Source: Candidatus Eiseniibacteriota bacterium (GTDB lineage: Bacteria > Eisenbacteria > RBG-16-71-46 > CAIMUX01 > VGJL01). From it: a stretch of DNA of 64,000 bases. Below are positions 1 through 8,211 of this stretch, piece after piece (the first letter of the stretch is position 1; the number at the start of each line of letters is the position of its first letter). Both the position numbers and the translations under genes were made by a program. Below the pieces are notes generated by a model that saw nothing but the letters and a program-made list of their open reading frames with translations, was not told the DNA's origin and did not search any database. Location: contig JBHGAY010000006.1 of assembly GCA_041946735.1 (NCBI GenBank), positions 29,626-93,625 of the forward strand. The letters run 5' to 3'.

Positions 1-935
1 TCCTGGTCCTCTTCTTCGGCTTCTCGCAGGCGTTCCGCCACTCGCGCGACGTGCGGCGCGCGTTTCGGATCCTCCTCGTCTCTTCGTCGATCGTCGCGGG
101 CTACGCGTTGCTGCAGATGTTCCTCGGACAGGACCTGCTGCGCCACCGCCCGCTCGAACCGCTCGGCTCCTTCTTTATCGCGACCGGCTTCTTCGGCCAC
201 CACCTGACCTACGGCGGGCACGTTCTGCTGACCGCCGCGCTCGCCGCCTCGTGGTGGGCCTTCGAGCGGCCCCGGCGCCGGCAGGTCCCCGGACGCGTCG
301 CCGGCATCCTCCTGCAAACCGCCGGCGTCGTCGCGAGCTTCGCGCGCACGGCGTGGATCGGCTTCGCGGCCGCCATCGCGACCATCGCGCTGCTCGCGCG
401 CGGACCGATCCGCCGGCTCGCGATCGCTTCGGGAGGGATCGTCCTCGCCCTGCTCCTCGCCCTCGCCCCGCTCCGCGAGCGGCTCGGCGCGTTCGTATCG
501 TTCGGCGACGATCCGCGAGTCCGCCTCTGGCAGACGGCGCTACGCATCTGGCGCGACCATCCGATCTTCGGAGCGGGCCTGGGGAGCTTTAAGACGCAGT
601 TCCCGATCTACAAGGTCCCTGGCCACTACATGGCGACCGGCCATCCGCACAACGACCTGCTGAACATCCTCGTACACTCCGGAATCGTCGGCATCGCGGC
701 GTTCGCGTTTCTCTGGTATCGCTACTTCCGCGCCGTCGCCGGGGCCGAACGGCGAGTGCCGAAGGCGGGCGGCCCGCGCGCTCTGCTCCTCGCGGGTATC
801 CTCGTCCCAGCGGCGTTCTTCGTCGGCGGTCTCGGCCAGTGCTTCCTGACCGACGAGGAGGTCGGAATCCTCTTCTGGTTCCTGGTCGCCGGCTTCCTCG
901 CCGTCGCCCGCGAGGTGCGCGATGGCGTCGCTTGA
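1..935 (+). CDS. O-antigen ligase / Wzy_C-like polytopic membrane protein, 5' end cut by window edge
   Basis: The frame of ORF 51..935 stays open back to nt 3. The product is hydrophobic and multi-TM with an RTAWIG...HPHNDLLNILV loop typical of the O-antigen ligase family. It overlaps the next gene by 14 nt. Confidence 0.6.
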   Translation, partial: LVLFFGFSQAFRHSRDVRRAFRILLVSSSIVAGYALLQMFLGQDLLRHRPLEPLGSFFIATGFFGHHLTYGGHVLLTAALAASWWAFERPRRRQVPGRVAGILLQTAGVVASFARTAWIGFAAAIATIALLARGPIRRLAIASGGIVLALLLALAPLRERLGAFVSFGDDPRVRLWQTALRIWRDHPIFGAGLGSFKTQFPIYKVPGHYMATGHPHNDLLNILVHSGIVGIAAFAFLWYRYFRAVAGAERRVPKAGGPRALLLAGILVPAAFFVGGLGQCFLTDEEVGILFWFLVAGFLAVAREVRDGVA

Positions 936-2076
936 GCGGCGCGCGAAACGGCTCCTGATTCGCGGCGTCGCTCCCATCTTCCCGCCCCGCCGCGAGACTG
1001 AGGCAGGCGCCGGCCTCACGCGTTCGCCTCGCCGGATCGCGCTCCTCCGCGTCGACGATCGCCTCGGGAACCTGCTCCTGCTGACGCCGGCGCTCGACTG
1101 GATCGCGCGGGTCCGTCCCGATGCGGAACTCGGCGTGGTCGTCAGTTCGGCGTTCGCCTCGCTTCTCGCAAACGATCCGCGGATCGGCCGCTGCATCGTC
1201 CTCGACAAGACGGCGCAGAAGCGAGCGTTCCCGATCTTCCTCGCCGACCTCGCCCGCGTGGGCTCGCTCCGAGCGGACGCGGCGATCGAGTGCAGCGATC
1301 GCAACGCCTTCTCCTTCTCGAGCGCCCTCTACGCGCTCGCGACCCGCGCCCCGCGCCGGATCGGCTTCGCGAACGACCTCGCGGCCCGCTACCTGTCCGA
1401 GACTGTCGAGCCGGGACCGCCCGGCCATGCCGCCCGCGATCCGGTGCGCCTCGCCGCCGCGCTCCTGGGAATCCCCGCGCCGCCGCTGCAGGATTGCCGG
1501 CTCTCGATCCATCTGCCGGCGCCATCGCCGGCCTGGGAGCGCTGGCTCGCCGGCGCGACGGAGGGCGCGGAAGGACGCATCGTCGGCCTGCACGTGGGCG
1601 GGCGCGGGCGCAAACGCTGGCCGGTCGACCGCTTCGCCACGCTCGCGCACGCGCTCCTCGACGACGGCCTCCGCCCCTGGATCTTCCGCGGCCCTCTCGA
1701 GCAAGAGGACGGTGAAACGGGGGACCCGTTCCGCGACGTTCTCGCCCGCGGCGCCGTCCAGGTGCCGAGGAGCGGGATCGTGCCGATCGGCCAGGCGCTC
1801 GCGCGCTGCTCGCTCGTCGTCGCCCCCGACACGGGGCCGATGCACCTCGCCTGCGCCGTGGGAACGCCGACGCTCGCGCTCTTCCTCGACTCCCAGGCGG
1901 AGCGCTACCACCCGATCGGACCGGAACATCGCTGGATCGACGCGCGCGGGCGGGCGCTCGGCGTCGACGAAGTCCGCGCGGCGGCCGCGGAGATGGGAGC
2001 CGCGGAAGCCACCGACACGACCGGAGGACGGGAGATACGGGCGCTCGGCGCGGACGGTAAGGCCAGCCGGCGATGA
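922..2076 (+). CDS. Glycosyltransferase family 9 (heptosyltransferase-like)
   Basis: N-terminal RVDDRLGNLLLLTPAL and C-terminal APDTGPMHLACAVGTPTLALF are GT9 hallmarks. ATGA overlap with the downstream msbA-like gene. Confidence 0.75.
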   Translation: MASLERRAKRLLIRGVAPIFPPRRETEAGAGLTRSPRRIALLRVDDRLGNLLLLTPALDWIARVRPDAELGVVVSSAFASLLANDPRIGRCIVLDKTAQKRAFPIFLADLARVGSLRADAAIECSDRNAFSFSSALYALATRAPRRIGFANDLAARYLSETVEPGPPGHAARDPVRLAAALLGIPAPPLQDCRLSIHLPAPSPAWERWLAGATEGAEGRIVGLHVGGRGRKRWPVDRFATLAHALLDDGLRPWIFRGPLEQEDGETGDPFRDVLARGAVQVPRSGIVPIGQALARCSLVVAPDTGPMHLACAVGTPTLALFLDSQAERYHPIGPEHRWIDARGRALGVDEVRAAAAEMGAAEATDTTGGREIRALGADGKASRR

Positions 2077-4037
2077 AGCTCTATCTGCGCCTGCTCCGCT
2101 TCCTCAGGCCGCACGCGCGGCTGCTGGCCGCTGCGATCCTCTGCATGGTCGTCTACGCATCGTTCTCCGGCGCCACCGTCGCGCTCGTCGTCCCCTTCAG
2201 CCGGATCCTCTTCTACGGCGGCTCGCTCGATGGGACTCCCGGGACCGCCGTCTCCGGCCCGGCGCCTGCCACAGCGCCTGCCACGGCGCCAGCCCCCGGG
2301 ACCGCCGTCTCCACCCCGGCCCCGGAGCCATCGACGACGCCCGGACCCGCCGCGACTTCGCCCGGGCGACTCGATGCGCTGCAGGAAGGCCTGAAGCGGG
2401 GGATCTACGATCGTGTCCGCGGCGCCGACCGCGTCGAGACGCTCGGGCGCTTCTGCGTGCTGATCCTGCTCGTCTTCCTCATCAAGAACCTGTTCTGGTA
2501 CGCGCAGTCGTTCCTGATCGTGCGCGTCGAGCAAGGGGTGATCCGCGACATCCGCAACGCCCTCTACGCGCACTACCTGAGCCTCCCGGTGGAGTACTAC
2601 AACCAGGCGCGTGCCGGCACGCTCGTCTCCCGGATCACGAACGACGTCAGCCTCGTGCGCGGCGCGATCGCGAACGGCTTCGCGCAGGCGATCCGCCAGT
2701 CGCTCCTCGTCGTCGCCTACCTCGTGGCCGTTCTCGCCGCGAACTGGCGCCTCTTCCTGATCACGCTCGTCGTGGCGCCGCCCGCCTTCTGGGCGATCGA
2801 CAGGATCGCGCGCAAGCTCCGCCGTCACAGCACGCGCAGCCAGGAGCGGATGGCGGAGCTGACCGGGACGCTGCAGGAGACGATCCACGGGGTGCGTGTC
2901 GTGAAGGCGTTCAACCTCGAGGGACGGATGCGGGAACGCTTCCGCCGCGTGAACCAGGCGTTCGCCAACGCCATGGTTCGGATGACACGGACCGGCTCGC
3001 TCGCGCCGCCGCTGACCGAGATCCTCGGCGCCACCGTCGGCGTCGTCATCCTCTACATCGGCGGGCGCGACATCGTGCGAGGCACCGGGATGGATGCGGG
3101 ACGCTTCCTGATGTTCCTCGTCGCGCTCTTCGCCCTGATGCAGCCGATCCGCACCCTGTCCCAGGTGAACATCCAGATCGAAGAGGGGCTTGCCGCCGCC
3201 GTACGGATCTTCGCCGTCCTCGACACGCGCTCGACGATCGCCGATCCGCCCGCTCCCACCCGCTTCCCGGACCGGATCGACGAGATCCGCTTCGACCGGG
3301 TCTCCTTCTCCTACGTCCAGGAGGTGCCGGTGCTGCGCGGCGTCGACTTCGCCGTCGATTCGGGACAGATGATCGCGATCGTCGGACCGAGCGGCGCGGG
3401 CAAGTCCACGCTGGTCGACATGGTCCCCCGCTTCTACGATCCGCAGGGGGGCGCGGTGCGCGTCAACGGCATCGACATCCGCGACTTCTCTCTCGACGAC
3501 CTGCGCCGCGCCATCGGCCTGGTCACGCAGGAGACGATCCTCTTCGACGACACGGTGGGCGCGAACATCGAGTTGGGACGGCCGGGCGCGACCGCCGCCG
3601 AGATCGCCGAAGCAGCCCGGGCCGCCAACGCGGACCGCTTCATCCGCGAGCTCCCGCACGGATACGAGACGCCCGTAGGCGACCGCGGCGTCAAGCTCTC
3701 CGGCGGCCAGCGCCAGAGGCTCGCGATCGCGCGAGCGATCCTGCGCGATCCGCCGATCTTGATTTTCGACGAGGCGACTTCCGCTCTCGACAGCGAGAGC
3801 GAGGCGCTGGTCCAGGAGGCGCTCGATCGCCTCGTGCGTCACCGCACCACCTTCGTCATCGCCCACCGGCTCTCGACGGTCCTCCACGCCGACCGGATCC
3901 TCGTGCTCGAGGCGGGGAAGGTGATCGATTCCGGGACGCACGAGGAGCTGCTCGCCCGTGGAGGCCTCTACGGCCGCCTCTACGAGATGCAGTTCCGGGA
4001 TCGCGTCCCGGCGGCGGCGCAAGCCGAGCCGCTCTGA
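2073..4037 (+). CDS. msbA: ABC exporter, fused permease/ATPase, MsbA-like lipid A flippase
   Basis: Six-TM ABC_membrane domain followed by Walker A GPSGAGKST, signature LSGGQRQR and Walker B LIFDEATSALD. Operon context with GT9 and O-antigen-ligase-like genes. The symbol is assigned from context only. Confidence 0.75.
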   Translation: MKLYLRLLRFLRPHARLLAAAILCMVVYASFSGATVALVVPFSRILFYGGSLDGTPGTAVSGPAPATAPATAPAPGTAVSTPAPEPSTTPGPAATSPGRLDALQEGLKRGIYDRVRGADRVETLGRFCVLILLVFLIKNLFWYAQSFLIVRVEQGVIRDIRNALYAHYLSLPVEYYNQARAGTLVSRITNDVSLVRGAIANGFAQAIRQSLLVVAYLVAVLAANWRLFLITLVVAPPAFWAIDRIARKLRRHSTRSQERMAELTGTLQETIHGVRVVKAFNLEGRMRERFRRVNQAFANAMVRMTRTGSLAPPLTEILGATVGVVILYIGGRDIVRGTGMDAGRFLMFLVALFALMQPIRTLSQVNIQIEEGLAAAVRIFAVLDTRSTIADPPAPTRFPDRIDEIRFDRVSFSYVQEVPVLRGVDFAVDSGQMIAIVGPSGAGKSTLVDMVPRFYDPQGGAVRVNGIDIRDFSLDDLRRAIGLVTQETILFDDTVGANIELGRPGATAAEIAEAARAANADRFIRELPHGYETPVGDRGVKLSGGQRQRLAIARAILRDPPILIFDEATSALDSESEALVQEALDRLVRHRTTFVIAHRLSTVLHADRILVLEAGKVIDSGTHEELLARGGLYGRLYEMQFRDRVPAAAQAEPL

Positions 4038-4133
4038 GCCAGCCCCTGGCGGAACGAGCGGCGCCCGGCTTACCCTGTTTCCGTCCCGGCTGGAGGAGCC
4101 CGAAACGACGCATCCCGTCGGAGGGGGAGGAGG

Positions 4134-4856
4134 ATGGAGATGGCGAAGCGCAGCACGGAGGGATCGCAGATGGACCGGAGGCCGACGCGGGCCTTGAGGC
4201 AGCGCCTCCCTCTCTACTTCCGCATCGGCGAGAGGCTGCTGCGGTTGGGGAAGGGAGAGGCGCAGATCTCCGAGCTGGCTTCGGCGCAGGGGATCGCGGA
4301 CGAAGAGGCGAACGAAGACATGGAGATCCTCGGGATCGAGCGGCGTTCCGGCGGGTCCGTCGCCGTCGCCTCGCTGCACGACGTGGCGGAGCATCTGCTC
4401 GGTCTCCGTCCCGTCAACACGGCAGTGCTGGTCGGCATGGGGCGTCTCGGCTCGGCGGTCGCCGCCTATGAAGGGTTCCATCAGCATGGAATGCGGATCG
4501 TCGCGGTCTTCGACGCGAATCCGGAGAAGATCGGCCGCTTCGTCTCCGGACTGCGGATCCTTCCGATGGAACAGCTCGAGGACGTGCTCAATATCTTCCA
4601 GATCCGGCTCGCCGTCCTGACCGTGTCGCCCGACGAGGCGCAGGACGTGGCGACCCGGCTCGCGAGGGCCGGCGTCCAGGCGATCTGGAACTTCGCGCCG
4701 GTGAAGCTCACGCTGCCCGAGGACATCGTCGTTCGCAACGAGGACCTGGCCGCAGGTCTCGCGCAGCTCTGCCGGGACCTACGAGAGACCAACCTGCGGA
4801 GGTTGCCGCCGGAGGAGGGCGGAGCGGATGCCAGGACCGAGAACACCAAGAGGTAG
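4134..4856 (+). CDS. Rex-family redox-sensing regulator, divergent paralog
   Basis: Rossmann part VLVGMGRLGSAVAAY...MRIVAVFDANPEKIG...AIWNFAP aligns with the canonical Rex at 51033..51680. The N-terminal winged-helix part is divergent. The start could also be the ATG at 4140, which is better spaced from the GGAGGAGG Shine-Dalgarno (SD) sequence. Confidence 0.7.
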   Translation: MEMAKRSTEGSQMDRRPTRALRQRLPLYFRIGERLLRLGKGEAQISELASAQGIADEEANEDMEILGIERRSGGSVAVASLHDVAEHLLGLRPVNTAVLVGMGRLGSAVAAYEGFHQHGMRIVAVFDANPEKIGRFVSGLRILPMEQLEDVLNIFQIRLAVLTVSPDEAQDVATRLARAGVQAIWNFAPVKLTLPEDIVVRNEDLAAGLAQLCRDLRETNLRRLPPEEGGADARTENTKR

Positions 4857-6102
4857 GCCAAGCGTCGCGGGGAAGAAGACCGCCCTGCGCAGTACCGGAA
4901 GCGCAAAGCGTGCGGCGGGGCGCGAGAGCGGCGGCGGCGCCGCCGGCGTCACCCTCCTCATCGGGACGCGCAAAGGGGCGTTCCTCCTGAAGAGCGACCC
5001 GGCGCGCCGCACGTGGAAGCTGAGCGAGCCGATCCTGCTCGGCAACAACGTCCACCACTTCGTCGCCGACGCGCGCGAGCCGTGCCGGATGCTTCTCGCC
5101 GCTCGTACCGGCCACCTCGGCCCGACCGTCTTCCGCTCGACCGACGCCGGCCGGACCTGGAAGGAGGCCGCGAGCCCGCCGGCCTTTCCCAAAGCGAAGG
5201 AGGGAGAGAAGGGGCGAGTGGTCGGCCACGTCTTCTGGCTCACGCCGGGGCACCCGTCCGAGCCGGGATCGTGGTATGCCGGCACGTCCCCGCAAGGGCT
5301 CTTCCGCTCCGTCGACCACGGCGAGAGATGGGAGCCGGTGCCCGGGTTCAACGACCACCCGATGCGCGAGACCTGGACGGGCGGCGACCAGTCGGGGACT
5401 CCCGACGGTCCCAAGATGCATAGCGTCCTCGTCGACCCGCGCGATCCGGAGCATCTCTACATCGGCATGTCGGGCGGCGGAGTCTTCGAGAGCACCGACC
5501 GCGGCGATTCCTGGATGCCGCTGAACGAGGGATGCCGGGCCGACTTCTTCCCCGATCCGTACCCGGAGTACGGCCACGACCCGCACTGCGTCCGCCTGCA
5601 CCCCCTGCGGCCGGACCGCCTCTACCAGCAGAATCACTGCGGGATCTACCGTCTCGACCGTCCCTCTTCGAAGTGGATGAGGATCGGCGAGAAGATGCCG
5701 AAGAAGATCGGCGACATCGGCTTCCCGCTCGTGCTCCATCCGCGCGATCCCGACACCGTCTGGGTCTTCCCGATGGATGGGACGGAAGTCTGGCCACGCA
5801 CGAGCCCCGGCGCCAAGCCCGCCGCCTACGTCACCCGCAACGCGGGAAAGACGTGGACCCGCCAGGACGCCGGGCTCCCCGCCGAGAACGCCTACTTCAC
5901 CGTGCTCCGGCAGGCGATGACGGCCGACGATCGCGACCCGGTCGGCGTCTACTTCGGGACGACGAGCGGGGAAATCTGGGGGAGCCGCGACGAAGGGCAG
6001 AAATGGACCCAGATCGCCGCGCACCTGCCGCATGTCTACTCCATCGAGACGGTGGGGGGCCGCGGCGGAGGTATGCCTGGCGCCGGCCCGCGAGGACGGT
6101 GA
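4828..6102 (+). CDS. BNR/Asp-box repeat beta-propeller protein (sialidase/sortilin-like fold)
   Basis: Repeated S-x-D-x-G-x-T/W motifs: STDAGRTW, SVDHGERW, STDRGDSW, TRNAGKTW, SRDEGQKW. No obvious signal peptide. Confidence 0.7.
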   Translation: MPGPRTPRGRPSVAGKKTALRSTGSAKRAAGRESGGGAAGVTLLIGTRKGAFLLKSDPARRTWKLSEPILLGNNVHHFVADAREPCRMLLAARTGHLGPTVFRSTDAGRTWKEAASPPAFPKAKEGEKGRVVGHVFWLTPGHPSEPGSWYAGTSPQGLFRSVDHGERWEPVPGFNDHPMRETWTGGDQSGTPDGPKMHSVLVDPRDPEHLYIGMSGGGVFESTDRGDSWMPLNEGCRADFFPDPYPEYGHDPHCVRLHPLRPDRLYQQNHCGIYRLDRPSSKWMRIGEKMPKKIGDIGFPLVLHPRDPDTVWVFPMDGTEVWPRTSPGAKPAAYVTRNAGKTWTRQDAGLPAENAYFTVLRQAMTADDRDPVGVYFGTTSGEIWGSRDEGQKWTQIAAHLPHVYSIETVGGRGGGMPGAGPRGR

Positions 6103-6107
6103 GCGCC

Positions 6108-6368
6108 ATGCAGGTCCACATTCCGAGCCCGATGCGAAGCTACACGGGCGGAAGCAGCGAAGTGCAGGCCGAGGGGCCCTCGGTCGCCGCGCTCCTCCTC
6201 GACCTCGATCGCCGTTTCCCCGGGTTCCGCTTCCGGATCATCGACGAGCAGGATCGGATCCGGCCGCACATGAGGATCTTCGTGAACGGGGAGCAGACGT
6301 TCGAACTCGAGACGCCCTTGCGGCCCTCGGACGACGTGCATATCCTCCAGGCGTTGAGCGGAGGCTGA
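6108..6368 (+). CDS. MoaD/ThiS-family ubiquitin-like small protein ending in Gly-Gly
   Basis: 86-aa product from ATG 6108, which is 5 nt after the BNR gene stop. Internal IFVNGE motif and C-terminal ...LQALSGG are characteristic of sulfur-carrier/ubiquitin-like beta-grasp proteins. Confidence 0.75.
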   Translation: MQVHIPSPMRSYTGGSSEVQAEGPSVAALLLDLDRRFPGFRFRIIDEQDRIRPHMRIFVNGEQTFELETPLRPSDDVHILQALSGG

Positions 6369-6456
6369 GCCGGCCCGCTGCGCGGAAGTTCGGAGCATGG
6401 GAGGGGGGGCTCCCGCCTCAGCGAGGCCCCCGCCCTACTCATCTAGCGGTCGCTGT

Positions 6457-7266
6457 CTAGTGGTCGTTGTCGTTCGTGCCGCTCGTGCCGCTCGCTCCGC
6501 CGTTGCCGTTCTTCGCGCCGCCCTGGCCATTCCTCCCCTCTTCTTTCCCCTCCTCGTCTCCTGCGGGCGGCTTCCACTGCTGGGCGAACGTCACTTCCTT
6601 CTTCGCCCCCGGCAGGTTGCGGATCGTGATGACCGCACGGATCTCGCCCGGCTCCGCTTGCCAGAGGTTCGCCTGCCCGAAAAGCTGCGGCTGGAGGGGA
6701 GGAACACCAGCCCCCGTGGTGTCGGCCGAGCCCGACTGCCCGGCTCCGGCTTCCGTCCGCTCCTCGGTCCGGGTCTCCCCCGAGGTCCCGGTCTGCCGCT
6801 CCGCGGTGTTCTCCCCAGGCGGGCCGATCTGCTCCTTCAACTCGATCGTCTGCGACTTCCCGTTCGGCCACTGCAGGATCGCCGTCCCGCTCACCGAATC
6901 GAGCTGCATCACCGGAGTCATCTTGTCTCCGAAGATCCAGACATGGACGCCGTCGGAGTCGAACACCGTCTCGAATGTGTAGCCCTGCATCTCAGTGATC
7001 TGACCGCCATGCGTCTTCGCCCCTTCACGGGTGTGCGCCTCGTCCGACTCCTGGCCGGTCCCCTGACGGTCCTGCTCGTCCTGCTGCTGCTCTCGCTGCT
7101 GTTGCTGCTCCTGCTGCTCCTGCTGCTGCTTTTCCTGCTGCTCCTGCTGTTTTTCCTGGGACTGCGCCTGCTCTTCCGCCTGAGCCAGCGCCTGGCCGCC
7201 CAGCACAGGCGGACCGGCGAGCGCCACTCCGAGGACCGTTCCGCAGAGCCACAACGCCGCTCTCAT
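6457..7266 (-). CDS. Secreted hypothetical protein with a Gln/Glu-rich low-complexity N-terminal tract
   Basis: ATG at 7266 follows AAGGAGG by about 8 nt. Signal peptide MRAALWLCGTVLGVALAGPPVLGGQALAQA, then QEKQQEQQEKQQQEQQEQQQQREQQQ, a mixed-composition central domain and a Gly/Asn-rich tail. Confidence 0.6.
   Translation of the reverse strand: MRAALWLCGTVLGVALAGPPVLGGQALAQAEEQAQSQEKQQEQQEKQQQEQQEQQQQREQQQDEQDRQGTGQESDEAHTREGAKTHGGQITEMQGYTFETVFDSDGVHVWIFGDKMTPVMQLDSVSGTAILQWPNGKSQTIELKEQIGPPGENTAERQTGTSGETRTEERTEAGAGQSGSADTTGAGVPPLQPQLFGQANLWQAEPGEIRAVITIRNLPGAKKEVTFAQQWKPPAGDEEGKEEGRNGQGGAKNGNGGASGTSGTNDNDH
7071..7160. repeat. Imperfect CTG/CAG trinucleotide tract (codes the Gln/Glu run on the minus strand)
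   Basis: ctgctcgtcctgctgctgctctcgctgctgttgctgctcctgctgctcctgctgctgcttttcctgctgctcctgctg, read directly. Confidence 0.8.
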
Positions 7267-7573
7267 CGCATGCACCTCCTTCTTCTCTCCACTCTTCGCC
7301 GTCGACATCGACGTCGCCTCGGGTTGTTCCGTTCCCGCCCGCCTGAGCGTCCGGCCCCTTCGTTCGAGTCGAGCAGGATCCGGGCCGCGATCGGGGATCA
7401 GGATCTTGGGGCGGAAGCAACGTGCCGTGCCTCACTTGTACATTATCTCGCCGGCGCCGTCGCTCGCTCGGTCCGTTACCTTTTTTCTGCTTCATGAAGC
7501 GAAGGGAAGAAAGGTGCCGTTCGCCGTCTCGATCCTGGCCGGCCGGAGCTCCGGCTCGTCCGTTCCTCCCCAG

Positions 7574-7590
7574 CACGGGGATTCCCCGTG
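7574..7590. promoter_or_regulatory. 17-nt perfect palindrome CACGGGGA-T-TCCCCGTG upstream of archease-rtcB (candidate operator)
   Basis: Read directly. It lies 81 nt upstream of the archease ATG in a 360-nt divergent spacer. Confidence 0.35.
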
Positions 7591-7600
7591 GTCGCGGGAT

Positions 7601-7640
7601 GCTTGGCCGCCGGGCTGCTTGGCCGCCGGGCTGCTTGACC
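7601..7640. repeat. Tandem 16-nt direct repeat (gcttggccgccgggct x2 plus a partial third)
   Basis: gcttggccgccgggct gcttggccgccgggct gcttgacc, read directly. It ends 30 nt before the archease start. Confidence 0.8.
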
Positions 7641-7670
7641 GTTCCCGCGGATCCACCGATGCTTCTTCCC

Positions 7671-8126
7671 ATGGAACGGCGATCGGGCGGAGCCGCGTTC
7701 GGCTACGAGTCGTTCGACCACACGGCCGACATCGGACTGCGGGTGTACGGGCGTACGCGGGGCGAGCTGTTCGAGCAGGCCGCGCTGGGATTGGCCTCGC
7801 TGCTGCTCGAGTCCGGCGAGGTGCGGCCGGTCGAGGAGCGCGTGGTCTCCCTCGAACATCAAGGATTCGAGGAGGGCCTGATCGGCTGGCTCAACGAGAT
7901 CCTCTATCTGCGCGAGATCGGGCGCTTCCTTCCCGCCACCGTCGCCGTCCTCGTCCTCGACTCGCGGCGGCTTCGTGCCCGCCTCTCGGGAGAGACGCTC
8001 GACCCGTCCCGGCACCTGCCCGGCCTCGAGATCAAGGCGGCGACGTATCATGACCTCCGGATCGACGAAGCCCGGGCGCCCGACGGTACGCCGCGCTTCG
8101 AGACCCGGGTCATCCTGGACATTTGA
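7671..8126 (+). CDS. Archease (RtcB ligase activator)
   Basis: The FGYESFDHTADIGLRVYGRTRGELFEQAALGL N-terminus and KAATYHDL...VILDI C-terminus are archease signatures. Start taken at ATG 7671. Confidence 0.85.
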   Translation: MERRSGGAAFGYESFDHTADIGLRVYGRTRGELFEQAALGLASLLLESGEVRPVEERVVSLEHQGFEEGLIGWLNEILYLREIGRFLPATVAVLVLDSRRLRARLSGETLDPSRHLPGLEIKAATYHDLRIDEARAPDGTPRFETRVILDI

Positions 8127-8211
8127 CCCGGAAGGCCGGTCTGGCCTGGACGGCCGGTCGATCTCAGGATCGTTCCGAAATCGGCGAGCTCACGGGACGA
8201 GGGACGGCAGC

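Noticed and set aside
1121-4471. 1116-aa plus-strand ORF and the 860-aa minus-strand ORF (1905..4487) spanning the GT9 and msbA genes
   Set aside because: Both products are Arg/Pro/Ala/Ser-rich with no recognisable motifs. They lie out of frame or antisense to genes with clear GT9 and ABC signatures. These are typical high-GC shadow ORFs.
6397-7497. 366-aa plus-strand ORF with a poly-Leu run opposite the Gln/Glu-rich gene
   Set aside because: The poly-Leu run is simply the complement of the CAG-type tract. The rest is Arg-rich shadow sequence with no SD. The minus-strand gene has an SD, a signal peptide and balanced composition.
7309-7670. Sigma54 promoter (TGGCAC-N5-TTGC) upstream of archease-rtcB, by analogy with E. 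coli rtcBA
   Set aside because: I found no GG-N10-GC element with the right flanks in the spacer, and no RtcR-like gene is present in the window.
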